From: an uncultured Candidatus Saccharibacteria bacterium
GTDB lineage: Bacteria; Patescibacteriota; Minisyncoccia; Minisyncoccales; CAYJUL01
Direction: 5' to 3'
Assembly (NCBI GenBank): GCA_964401295.1
Contig: CAYNXX010000003.1
Location: 66,595-126,470 of the forward strand
DNA: 59,876 nucleotides
Every line of letters starts with the position of its first letter. Position 1 is the stretch's first letter. The notes beneath the pieces are model-generated. The model saw nothing but the letters and a program-made list of their open reading frames with translations. It searched no databases and was not told where the DNA came from. A program made the position numbers and the translations under genes. Positions 30,053 to 39,141 of this stretch are shown here, piece after piece.

Positions 30053-31336
30053 TTAACTTTGGGCAATCAGAGTTTTAACGGCTTCAATATTGTCATCGTC
30101 CGTTACGCCCTGGTTGGGCATCACGTGTATCCTGAAAAGATCTTCCAAATCTAAAATGTTTGAATTTTCAATGTAGTTTTCAAAGACGCTCGGCCTGTCA
30201 CCGTAATAAGGGTGCTTGAGAACGCAAACGCCCATACGGTTCGCGTAGCCAAGAATCTTTTCAAGTTCCGGGATAGCCTGCTGACCCTTGTTGTCAAAGT
30301 CCTCGCCATCGGTAGCTTGGAAAACGTAAATGTTGTAGTCGCTGGCGAGCCCTTCGCCTTCAACTATTTCATTGATTTTCTTATAGCCCGAAGCGATAAG
30401 CGTGCCGCCACCAGCGTTTTCCCTGAAGTATCTGGTGAAGTATCTGGTTGCGGAAACCTCTTTTGCATAAGTGTCGTGAACTATGAATCGAGGAATTACA
30501 AGGTACTCATATTGCACAAGCAACCAAGCATAAATCATCAGATGTTGAGTAACTGCCGCTCTTGTTGGCTCGCCCCACATTGAACCAGAATAGTCCCTCA
30601 GGAAAAAGACAATTGCCTGGGGCTTCCAGAGTTTTTCTCTGGAAAGCACTCGGTAGACTTTGTCCTGTGGCCCGACAACTAGTTTTGTTGTATCGGTATT
30701 CTGCGCGTCATGACGGCCGAGGGCCGCATTTGTCTTGATGATGCTGCGCAGCGTCGCTTTCTTATCCAAGAGCTGGCCGGATCCACGATGACGGTCGGTC
30801 AGGTCATAAACATATTCATCCGTCGGAACTTTCTTACCTTTATCGCGTAAGTTAGGCAACTGGAATTCTTCCGAAAGCTCTTTGCCGATTTTGTAGGCCT
30901 CGACTTCTGTGCCATGTTCGCCTTCGCCCTCACCGCCTTGCGGGTCCTCGCCTTCACCCTCACCGGAAACTGGCATATGGCCGATTACGTCTCCAACCTC
31001 GCCTTCGCCTGAACCTACAACGTTTCCCTGATCTTCGCCTTCATCGCCTTCATCGTCGTCAAGGTTCGGTTCAAACTCACCATGGATAAGTTTTTCCTCT
31101 TCCACATACGGCACCATGATCACCTTGCCGGCGCCGACAAGAATTTTACGGATTCTTATCTTTTTTGGAAATCCGTCTTTCTCGCGCTGTTCGTCGCGCT
31201 TCAGAAGGTCATCAAGAGATTCAAGAGACATAATCAAGGGCGAACGCCTGCGCCGGTCTCTATTTTCTAGTAGTCGTTCTCTCGCGGCGCGCTTAAATCC
31301 GAGAATGTCAAGTTCGGTCATGCATAAATCTTTCAC
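30053..31336 (-). CDS. yeaH: YeaH/YhbH (DUF444) VWA-like protein
   Basis: Acidic Gly-rich linker, LPNL..KG, RDYSGSM, GGT..SGY, YNIYVFQATDGED; GTG after AGGAGG. Confidence 0.88.
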   Translation of the reverse strand: MKDLCMTELDILGFKRAARERLLENRDRRRRSPLIMSLESLDDLLKRDEQREKDGFPKKIRIRKILVGAGKVIMVPYVEEEKLIHGEFEPNLDDDEGDEGEDQGNVVGSGEGEVGDVIGHMPVSGEGEGEDPQGGEGEGEHGTEVEAYKIGKELSEEFQLPNLRDKGKKVPTDEYVYDLTDRHRGSGQLLDKKATLRSIIKTNAALGRHDAQNTDTTKLVVGPQDKVYRVLSREKLWKPQAIVFFLRDYSGSMWGEPTRAAVTQHLMIYAWLLVQYEYLVIPRFIVHDTYAKEVSATRYFTRYFRENAGGGTLIASGYKKINEIVEGEGLASDYNIYVFQATDGEDFDNKGQQAIPELEKILGYANRMGVCVLKHPYYGDRPSVFENYIENSNILDLEDLFRIHVMPNQGVTDDDNIEAVKTLIAQS

Positions 31337-31399
31337 GTGAGGCACCTCCTTTCTTTTATCGGCCCCATCACAGTGGTGAGCTTGTCAAACTATAGTAAT

Positions 31400-31427
31400 T
31401 GAGCCGGGAAGGTAAGCTCCCGGCTCA
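31400..31427 (-). terminator. Hairpin between prkA copy 1 and yeaH
   Basis: TGAGCCGGGA/TCCCGGCTCA 10-bp stem. Confidence 0.5.
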
Positions 31428-31459
31428 TTCTTATTTCTTAAAAAAGCTTACGCTTTAGG

Positions 31460-33538
31460 TTAACTTTCATCTTCTTTTTCGCAGAAATACTCAATCGTCT
31501 TTTGGGCACATGTAGGACAATAGCCAAGTCCGCCCTTTGTAGTCGGCCTTATCATCACCTCCACCATGCGGTTATAAACCTTAACATTTTCCTCGTTGCT
31601 CCGGTTTCCAAGCGCACCGACCAAAGAGCCAGCTCCAGCGACATCGGACTCAAGACGGACATCCGTAACAGCCTTAACCAATTCCTGGTTGTCCATGAAG
31701 TCATATGAAGAATCGGTAGCGATCTTCTGGGCATAGATCTTGCGAATCATAGTCCGGTAAGATTGCTTCCTATCGTTGGTGTTGAGACCGAGACGGCTCT
31801 CTACGCTGTCAACGAATTTCTGATCAATCTTAATCGATTTGATCTCACCTGTCTGCGGATCGCGGTACCGCCACATCTTGTCCGAACTCAGGTTCTCCGA
31901 ATCCAGACCGATGAGCATGTTCACGTACATAAGCACATCCTTGCGGACGGCATCGGGATCTTCGCGGAATGCGTTGAAAATAGCGGTCTTAACCCGCTCG
32001 CGATAAAGTTTGCGCGCGGTTTTAAGATCCTGCATGTATTTATCGCGGTCGGTTGCCTCGGGGACATAGTCAAGAATTATGCGTTCAAGCGCCTTGAAAA
32101 CGTCCCGCGCATACAGACACTTGCCTTCACCTGTTTCGGGCATGGCCTCAAGAAGCTGCAAAGCTCTACCAAGGTCTCGGTGACCAAAACCCTTCTGGCC
32201 CCAACGCTTGGTGACGTCCGGATTAGCATTGGCCGCTTCCCTAACCTCCACAAGGCTCTTTACGCCTTTATCGCCGGCAATTTCACCGGCTTCAAGTTTC
32301 ATCGTTTCAATTGGAGAAAGCTTCTGGGTGTGAAGAAGCCGCGTCAGAACCACTGCGACCGAAATCGCATAGTTCAGGTTCGGATCCTCGTGCAGAGGCT
32401 CCCCAAAGACTGTTGTCTTGTTTTCTCCCATTGCATACCTAGACAACGTCTGCTGAAGAATGTAGTCGGTATTATGCGTAATGTAGCAAATACGGCATCG
32501 GTCTTTAATAGGCGCCTCTTTCGCATCTTTAACAAAATCATTATAGGCATCGTTGTTGCTCGTTGCAACGATAAGGACGTCAATCGGCCACTTAAATGCA
32601 TCTAGTTCAATGTTGCGGTTCTCAATAACCTGCAGATACATCTGAACAAGGTCTGGTTTGTTACGAAAGAATTCGTCGGCGAAATGGATTCCGCCGCCAG
32701 CAACTCTCGCAAGCGCCCCTCGTCTTAGATTAATTCTGTTGGGATCATCCGGAGGGAAAAGCAGCATCCTTTGCACGTCTTCTTCCCCGGCCAAATCCAC
32801 GGATGAAGAAGTAATCTTGTCCTTGGCGGAATATTTACCCGTAGTGATACCTAAACTGTGTCTCATTGGCACAGGAATTAATCTAACGTACCGGAGAACT
32901 TGTTCCAGGTCGCCGTTATATCGCTGCATCAATTCGTTCCACAGATACTCCGTAGAAGCGCCGAGCGGACGCCAGGCGCGAAATAAGGCCTCAACTGCGT
33001 TGTCTTTAAGGCCTGTCCTCACGAGAAATTCCTTGTTCTCTTCGGAATTTTCAAAAAGGTTCATCGCTAGCACCATCGGATCTTCAAAGGTCAAAGACTG
33101 CAGTCTAGCAACCTTCTGGTCATATCCCAAGGCCTCATCAAGGCCGATAAAGTCAAATGTATATCTGCGGTTGTTCGGCTCTGAAAGAAATACTCTATAC
33201 TTATCGCAAAGATAAGTAAGAAAGAAGGTTTTCCCGCTACCTGGCTCGGATACAAGAACAAAAGCCAGTTTTCGGGCATCACCGCCCTGCGCCGCATCCA
33301 TTATAAAGTGAACGAATTCGTTGATCTCCTGATACCAGCCAATGATGTGTCTTGATCCCTCACGGAAAAAAGTGAAATCATCTATACCTTTTCCCGCACG
33401 AGTAACTTTCTGTACGCCACGCTCCAGAATCATCCTGGAAATTGCCTGCGCGGCATTTTCAAAACGCCGCTTGCCGGCAACAACTTGTTGGATATGGTAA
33501 GTTAACGTCTCGTCCTCGGGAATAATGAACATCGTCAC
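31460..33538 (-). CDS. prkA: PrkA/YeaG family AAA+ protein, copy 1
   Basis: DDFTFF, SEPGSGKT, GGGIHFADE, IVATSN, IKDRC, C-terminal GYCPTCA...IEY. Confidence 0.85.
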   Translation of the reverse strand: MTMFIIPEDETLTYHIQQVVAGKRRFENAAQAISRMILERGVQKVTRAGKGIDDFTFFREGSRHIIGWYQEINEFVHFIMDAAQGGDARKLAFVLVSEPGSGKTFFLTYLCDKYRVFLSEPNNRRYTFDFIGLDEALGYDQKVARLQSLTFEDPMVLAMNLFENSEENKEFLVRTGLKDNAVEALFRAWRPLGASTEYLWNELMQRYNGDLEQVLRYVRLIPVPMRHSLGITTGKYSAKDKITSSSVDLAGEEDVQRMLLFPPDDPNRINLRRGALARVAGGGIHFADEFFRNKPDLVQMYLQVIENRNIELDAFKWPIDVLIVATSNNDAYNDFVKDAKEAPIKDRCRICYITHNTDYILQQTLSRYAMGENKTTVFGEPLHEDPNLNYAISVAVVLTRLLHTQKLSPIETMKLEAGEIAGDKGVKSLVEVREAANANPDVTKRWGQKGFGHRDLGRALQLLEAMPETGEGKCLYARDVFKALERIILDYVPEATDRDKYMQDLKTARKLYRERVKTAIFNAFREDPDAVRKDVLMYVNMLIGLDSENLSSDKMWRYRDPQTGEIKSIKIDQKFVDSVESRLGLNTNDRKQSYRTMIRKIYAQKIATDSSYDFMDNQELVKAVTDVRLESDVAGAGSLVGALGNRSNEENVKVYNRMVEVMIRPTTKGGLGYCPTCAQKTIEYFCEKEDES

Positions 33539-33568
33539 CTTCCTCCTTTTTTTGTTCGTTGTCTTGCC

Positions 33569-33631
33569 TTATCCCCTTTTCATCCTAATCAATAACCGGA
33601 TTGCTCCGGCTCCAGATTTGCCTGGCACCAT
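33569..33631 (-). CDS. Candidate 20-aa leader peptide MVPGKSGAGAIRLLIRMKRG
   Basis: AAGGAGGA SD just upstream of ATG; stops 30 nt before prkA. Confidence 0.4.
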   Translation of the reverse strand: MVPGKSGAGAIRLLIRMKRG

Positions 33632-33726
33632 TCTCTCCTCCTTGTGAAATTATTATTTAATATCAAGGTGCTTTCCTCTCTGTTTACTAAGCTAAACATC
33701 TTATGTCGTCAAGCCCCCCTTCCGAA

Positions 33727-33826
33727 AACAACAAAACCCCATCCTTTAGGGATAGAGTCGACGCCCTTCTTCGCCTTTAAAGCGTAGACGGGTTTGCCCT
33801 TTCCTTTCCGAGGAAACTCTGTTGTT
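33727..33826 (-). ncRNA. Candidate ~100-nt structured RNA
   Basis: Closing stem AACAACAGAG/TTTTGTTGTT enclosing four hairpins; TTGACA-17-AAAGAT upstream. Confidence 0.4.
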
Positions 33827-33880
33827 CATTACATCTTTGCACCGACAAAAAACCTTGTCAACCCCGCATGCAAAAGTCTG

Positions 33881-33952
33881 CGGCCCCAAGGGGAATCGAA
33901 CCCCTGTTTGCGCCTTGAAAGGGCGCTGTCCTAACCGTTAGACGATGGGGCC
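33881..33952 (-). tRNA. tRNA-Glu(TTC)
   Basis: GGCCCCA acceptor, GCGCC-CTTTCAA-GGCGC anticodon arm, GGTTCGATTCC. Confidence 0.95.
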
Positions 33953-34025
33953 AAATGAAATAATTTTTAATTAATAAGTATCATTTTATTTGAAAAAAAG
34001 CAAATTTTTGATTAAGATAAAATCT

Positions 34026-36107
34026 ATGGAGCTCACGAAGGCCTATAATCCAGGGGGTGTTGAAGATAAAATCTACCGGCTCTGGCAAGAACATGGTTTT
34101 TTTAATCCCGACAAATTGCCCGCGCCCGATGTAAAACAGAAAAAAAATAGGAAGAAGTCTTTTAGTATCGTTCTGCCACCGCCGAACATTACCGGCTCAT
34201 TACACATAGGCCACGCACTTAATGCTACAGTCCAGGACATTATCATCCGTAGAAAAAGAATGCAGGGTTATTCAACGCTTTGGCTTCCTGGCACGGATCA
34301 TGCCGGCATAGCGGCGCAAAATGTCGTTGAAAAAGAACTTAAAAAAGATGGGTTGACGCGATTTGACCTTGGCAGGGAAGAATTTTTAAAGCGCATGCGG
34401 GCATGGCGAGAGAAATATGGCAATATAATTTTAGACCAGTTAAAAAAACTTGGCGCTTCGTGCGACTGGTCGCGGACCAGCTTTACAATGGACGAAAATT
34501 ATTCGCTCGCGGTGAAAACGGCTTTTGAGCACTATCGCAGATACGGATGGATTTATCGCGCCAAAAAAGTCGTGAATTGGTGCAGAAGATGCCAAACCTC
34601 TCTCTCTGATCTTGAGCTTGAATACAAGCCAGAAAATGGAAAGCTTTGGTATATAAAATATCCGCTGGTCGGGAGCAAAAACCATATTACCATTGCAACG
34701 ACGAGGCCCGAAACAATGCTCGGCGATACTGCCGTGGCTGTAAATCCGAAGGACGTAAGATATAAAAAACTGGTCGGCAGAAAAGTGGTTTTACCGCTAG
34801 TTCAAAAGGAAATTCCAATAATTGCCGACGATCTCGTTGATTCCGGATTCGGAACCGGGGCGGTAAAAGTAACACCGGCGCATGATTTGATTGATTACGA
34901 AATCGGCGCAAAACACAAATTAGAAACTCTGCAAGTTATAGATGAAAATGGCCGCATAACTGATGAAACGCCTCTGCCATACCGCAGACTTCCAGTTTTA
35001 GAAGCGCGGGAAAAGGTTGTTGAAGACTTAAAAAATGCGGGGCTTGTTGAAAAAATTGAAGACTATCAGCATCAAATCCCAAAGTGCTACCGCTGCGATA
35101 CCGCGATAGAACTTATACCATCACTGCAGTGGTTTTTGAAAATGGATGAACTTGCAAAACTTGGCATTGCAGCGGCAAAATCTGGTAAAATAAAATTCAT
35201 TCCCAGCAGATGGGAAAAATTATACCTTGATTGGCTTAAAAATGTCAGGGATTGGTGTATCTCGCGTCAACTTTGGTGGGGACACAAAATACCCATTGAT
35301 GGCGAAGAAGATGTGCTGGATACGTGGTTTTCTTCGGCTTTGTGGTCATTTGCAACGCTTGGATGGCCGGCAAAAACTAAAGACCTAGAACGGTTTTATC
35401 CGAGCGATGTTTTGTCTACCGACAGAGGTATCATCAATTTATGGGTTGCAAGAATGATTTTTTCCGGCATGGAATTTATTAAAAAAGAGCCATTCCATAC
35501 AGTTTACATCCACGCCACGGTGCTTACCAAAGATGGCAAAAGAATGTCAAAGTCGCTAGGCACAGGAATAGATCCGCTACTGCTTATTGATAAATATGGC
35601 GCCGACGCCACTAGATTCGGCATCGCTTGGCAAATTTCTGAACTTCAAGACATAAAATTCGGTGAAGAAAATATTCTCATGGGTAAAAAATTCTGCAACA
35701 AACTCTGGAATGCAAGCCGCTTCGTTATGTCTCAAATAAATGATCCCGTTACGACTAGAGATCCTGGAAAAATAAAAAACCCAAACGAAGCCTCAAAAAA
35801 AATCACAAAAATACTTGAAGCTACAGTTAAAGTTGTTAACGAAGATCTGGACGCATACCGCTTCGACCGCGCGGCGCAGAAAATATATCACTTTTTTTGG
35901 CATGAGTTTTGTGATAAATACATTGAGCTCTCAAAGTCGGAAATCAAAAACCCCGAATCCGAAACCAAAAAAACGCTGCTCTACGTACTGACAACCTCGT
36001 TGAAACTAATACATCCTTTTATGCCGTTTATCACCGAAGAAATTTATCAGCAACTGCCCATAAGCGGTAAAAAAACGTGCCTAGCAATTGAGGCTTGGCC
36101 CGAATAA
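34026..36107 (+). CDS. valS: Valyl-tRNA synthetase (short form)
   Basis: PPPNITGSLHIGH, GTDHAGIA, GTGAVKVTPAHD, DWCISRQLWWGH, DVLDTWFSS, KRMSKS. Confidence 0.96.
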   Translation: MELTKAYNPGGVEDKIYRLWQEHGFFNPDKLPAPDVKQKKNRKKSFSIVLPPPNITGSLHIGHALNATVQDIIIRRKRMQGYSTLWLPGTDHAGIAAQNVVEKELKKDGLTRFDLGREEFLKRMRAWREKYGNIILDQLKKLGASCDWSRTSFTMDENYSLAVKTAFEHYRRYGWIYRAKKVVNWCRRCQTSLSDLELEYKPENGKLWYIKYPLVGSKNHITIATTRPETMLGDTAVAVNPKDVRYKKLVGRKVVLPLVQKEIPIIADDLVDSGFGTGAVKVTPAHDLIDYEIGAKHKLETLQVIDENGRITDETPLPYRRLPVLEAREKVVEDLKNAGLVEKIEDYQHQIPKCYRCDTAIELIPSLQWFLKMDELAKLGIAAAKSGKIKFIPSRWEKLYLDWLKNVRDWCISRQLWWGHKIPIDGEEDVLDTWFSSALWSFATLGWPAKTKDLERFYPSDVLSTDRGIINLWVARMIFSGMEFIKKEPFHTVYIHATVLTKDGKRMSKSLGTGIDPLLLIDKYGADATRFGIAWQISELQDIKFGEENILMGKKFCNKLWNASRFVMSQINDPVTTRDPGKIKNPNEASKKITKILEATVKVVNEDLDAYRFDRAAQKIYHFFWHEFCDKYIELSKSEIKNPESETKKTLLYVLTTSLKLIHPFMPFITEEIYQQLPISGKKTCLAIEAWPE

Positions 36108-36108
36108 T

Positions 36109-36822
36109 ATGTCTTATGTGCTTTATATTTTTTTAGCTTTTGCTCCCAGCGTAGTTTGGCTTTTATTTTATCTTGACAAAGATCGGCATCCCGAAGCCAA
36201 AGGAATGTTGTTTAAAATATTTCTCTACGGGGCCATGATAGCGCTTCCAGCGGCGTTAGCTGAAAGCGTTTTTGAAAAACAGCTTTATAGCCTTGTGCTT
36301 CCATCACGACTTTATTCATTAATCTATTTTTTTGTCATAGTCGGATTTATTGAAGAATTCGTAAAGTATTTGGCGGCTGATCTCGGTGCCTTTACAAGCT
36401 CGGAGCTAGATGAACCGATGGACATAATCATATATATGATAGTCGCGGCCCTTGGCTTTGCGGCCCTTGAAAATTCTTTATACCTGTGGCCGACCTTATA
36501 CGGCTTTGCCGCAAAAAACAATTTAGCCATACTCTTGGCCACTGAAAGATTCGTCGGTGCGACATTTTTGCATACGCTTACTTCCGGCTCGTTGGGCTAC
36601 TTTTTGGCGTTGTCTTATCACGATCAAAAGCGCAGAGCGATTTTTTTCGTTTTGGGATTTCTTGTTGCTATCGGCTTGCATGGACTTTTCAATTTCTCTA
36701 TAATAGAAGTTGAAGGCTTCTGGCAGCTTGGTATTCCGGGAGCGATATTAATAGGATTGGCGTTATTCCTTTCCTGGGCTATCCGCCAAGCCAAAAAAAT
36801 GCCAAGCGTTTGCAAGATTTAA
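36109..36822 (+). CDS. prsW: PrsW family intramembrane metalloprotease
   Basis: EE..KY, LGFAALEN, ATFLH, LHGLFN; multiple TMs. Confidence 0.9.
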   Translation: MSYVLYIFLAFAPSVVWLLFYLDKDRHPEAKGMLFKIFLYGAMIALPAALAESVFEKQLYSLVLPSRLYSLIYFFVIVGFIEEFVKYLAADLGAFTSSELDEPMDIIIYMIVAALGFAALENSLYLWPTLYGFAAKNNLAILLATERFVGATFLHTLTSGSLGYFLALSYHDQKRRAIFFVLGFLVAIGLHGLFNFSIIEVEGFWQLGIPGAILIGLALFLSWAIRQAKKMPSVCKI

Positions 36823-36895
36823 AATTAAAGGCTGGATTTATCCGCTAGGGCGGATTCATCTCGGATGGAAAAACTAAAAATTTAAATTATATATT

Positions 36896-37453
36896 ATGTC
36901 CTTTTTAGAAAAATTAAAACTCGATGTAGCGCAGGATGAAAAAGAGGAAGAAATTCAGCAAGAAACTGCTCCTAAAAGAAAACGGGGTAGGCCAAGAAAA
37001 AACCCTCAAACACAGCCCCAATCCGAAACCGAATCTGAAATGGAACAAAAATCTGCAGCTTCCGAAAAAATCCAGCGCCCAAAAGTAGAAAAAGTCGCGC
37101 CAAGATTTGAAGAGCGCGAAGAAGGGGAACTAACGATCGATGTTTATGAAACAGCGAATGATTTAGTAGTACAATCCCCCTTGGCCGGAGTAAAAGCCGA
37201 TGAATTAAACATATATCTTGAAGATGATATGCTAGTTATTAAGGGCGAAAGGCTGCGACCTGGAGAAGAAGACAAAAAAATGATAATACAAGAGTGCTAC
37301 TGGGGCCCATTTTCGCGGCGCGTAATTTTACCTATGGAGGTTGAGGGCAACAAAATTAACGCTTCTCTTGAACGCGGGATCTTAACCATCAGAATTCCCA
37401 AGGCTGAAAAAAGAGGCAAAAAGAAAATATCCGTTCAGGAATCTGAAGAATAA
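36896..37453 (+). CDS. Hsp20/alpha-crystallin protein with N-terminal AT-hook-like motif
   Basis: IDVYET, LAGV, ECYWGPFSR..ILP, GILTIRIPK; KRKRGRPRK in the N-terminal region. Confidence 0.9.
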   Translation: MSFLEKLKLDVAQDEKEEEIQQETAPKRKRGRPRKNPQTQPQSETESEMEQKSAASEKIQRPKVEKVAPRFEEREEGELTIDVYETANDLVVQSPLAGVKADELNIYLEDDMLVIKGERLRPGEEDKKMIIQECYWGPFSRRVILPMEVEGNKINASLERGILTIRIPKAEKRGKKKISVQESEE

Positions 37454-37464
37454 ACATTAAACTT

Positions 37465-37493
37465 ACCCCCTCGATCATGTACCGAGGGGTTTT
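37465..37493. terminator. Terminator after hsp20; would follow tRNA-Leu directly in the empty site
   Basis: CCCCTCG/CGAGGGG stem followed by TTTT. Confidence 0.7.
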
Positions 37494-37495
37494 GT

Positions 37496-37647
37496 GTGGA
37501 ATTATACAACTCTGCTCGAACATTTTTTGAACGGAACTGACCGCCTCCGCTTCGCTCCGGCGGAACGCTCGGGCGCGGCGGAATTCCCCCCTTGAACCCC
37601 CCTTCCGCCGCGCCCTCGCTTGGGCTTCGCAAATTTTTTGGCGGGCA
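37496..37647. repeat. Inverted repeat A, left copy (152 bp)
   Basis: Reverse complement of 39852-40003; the ORF track shows identical translations RSPSEGAAEGG...ELYNST. Confidence 0.95.
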
Positions 37648-37651
37648 TCAA

Positions 37652-38647
37652 TTATTGCGGAAGTTTCAATTTCTGTTGGGGCTGGGGTCCAATGAAAATC
37701 TGCTGAATCTGCTTACCCCAGGATACACCATGCGTACTCTCGTATAGTTTTACAAAGAAACTTCCGCCAAAGCTAACATTGAAAAAGCCGTTGAGCAAAA
37801 TATATGCTTCCCACAGCAAGTCTTGGAGTTCGTCGTCCGCCAGCTCAATTTTTAACCCAAACTCGGAAAGTTTTTCTAGCGGTAGAGGTCGAGAGTGTAG
37901 AAGATGTTTGTCGTAGTCAGAAAAATAGTTTACTGCTTTTCTAACTTTGCCAACGGCTTTTTTATCGCCCCCGAACATGTATTTCTTGAGCCAAGTTGAA
38001 ACAAGTTCTCGCGAAAGTTTTTCGGAATCCTCGCAAAGTTCCAGAAGATCAAGCGAGTATTTCTCAATGAGCGGAATGTAGGCCGGTAGCGTTTCCGGAC
38101 CTTCTTTTGCTATGCGTTCTTTTATTTTTTCAAAACCCCGCTTGATTGAACGCACGGGAATACCGTTGATTTGAGGGTCAATTGGCCCAAGAGTTGCGCT
38201 GGAATGCAGGACAATATTGTTTCCTGAAAGTGCAAGCATTGTGGCGGCAGAATACGCCGAATGGGGAATAAGAAAATTTACCTCACTAAATTTTCCGCGC
38301 AACAATCCGACAAGCCGCTCCGTAGCGTCTGGCCGTCCGCCCGGACTATGCAACAAAACATCAACGGAGCCATTCCCTTTAACTGAATTGATTAAATCAG
38401 TAAAACCGTCTACATCAGTTAAATCAATAAAATTCGGTGCGCCCTGCGGGACGCCTTCTAAAAACTTTGTTGCATAAACTAGGAGCGGGCGACCACGATG
38501 TTTTTCTATTTCTTCGTAGCATGCTTTACGGAGCTCAAATAAATCTTTCCCGGTCATTTTTTGACCGGATTGTTGCGCTTGTCCGATAAAATCGTTCCAA
38601 TCCTGCGCGGTCTTAAATTTTTTGCGCGGTTGTTGAGGCGACTCCAT
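37652..38647 (-). CDS. ClpP/crotonase-like serine protease (SDH/DUF114-like)
   Basis: LLHSPGG, AYSAATMLALS, LGPIDPQ, HSRP. Confidence 0.82.
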   Translation of the reverse strand: MESPQQPRKKFKTAQDWNDFIGQAQQSGQKMTGKDLFELRKACYEEIEKHRGRPLLVYATKFLEGVPQGAPNFIDLTDVDGFTDLINSVKGNGSVDVLLHSPGGRPDATERLVGLLRGKFSEVNFLIPHSAYSAATMLALSGNNIVLHSSATLGPIDPQINGIPVRSIKRGFEKIKERIAKEGPETLPAYIPLIEKYSLDLLELCEDSEKLSRELVSTWLKKYMFGGDKKAVGKVRKAVNYFSDYDKHLLHSRPLPLEKLSEFGLKIELADDELQDLLWEAYILLNGFFNVSFGGSFFVKLYESTHGVSWGKQIQQIFIGPQPQQKLKLPQ

Positions 38648-38846
38648 ACTGGTCTATTTCAAAATTAAGCGTTGAACCAGTCGCCGCCTTAAAAGCCGGT
38701 TTTCTGCCCAGCGCAACATCCGTCCTTTCGATAAGGTCGGTTGTTTCCTTGTAGTAGTCGTATGACTTTATGGCTTCTTCGTTCTGTTTCAGAACCTTTT
38801 TTGAAGCCACTTTCTCTATCAATTTTTGAGGGGTTTTATTAGTCAT
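38613..38846 (-). CDS. Small hypothetical protein overlapping the protease start
   Basis: 77-aa ATG ORF, TATAAG-like -10 upstream, 35-nt overlap. Confidence 0.6.
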   Translation of the reverse strand: MTNKTPQKLIEKVASKKVLKQNEEAIKSYDYYKETTDLIERTDVALGRKPAFKAATGSTLNFEIDQYGVASTTAQKI

Positions 38847-38899
38847 AGTGCTTATATAATACTAAATAGGACGGTGAAGGACAAGTTAAAATTACTCTT

Positions 38900-39136
38900 T
38901 TAAGATTTCTTTTTGAAATAATCAGAAAGCATCCCCAACAACTCCGCGCCAAATCCCAAGAGCGTTGCTACTGTCGCTACTTTAACAACTATATACCAAT
39001 CTGTTCCGCCGATAAATTTCCACAACACACCAGTAATGACTCCTGCTGTTAGACCACCCCAAACGGCATTTCTGCTGTTCCAATAAATAGCTAGCAGGAT
39101 TAATGATATTACAGCTAAAATTGTCCAAATATACAT
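38900..39136 (-). CDS. Small three-TM membrane protein
   Basis: Three hydrophobic segments, RNAVWGG motif. Confidence 0.75.
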   Translation of the reverse strand: MYIWTILAVISLILLAIYWNSRNAVWGGLTAGVITGVLWKFIGGTDWYIVVKVATVATLLGFGAELLGMLSDYFKKKS

Positions 39137-39141
39137 AATGT

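Noticed and set aside
33760-33803. GGGCAAACCC as a c-di-GMP-I riboswitch
   Set aside because: The downstream GACGCAAAG junction and second stem of that family are absent; kept only as an unclassified structured RNA candidate
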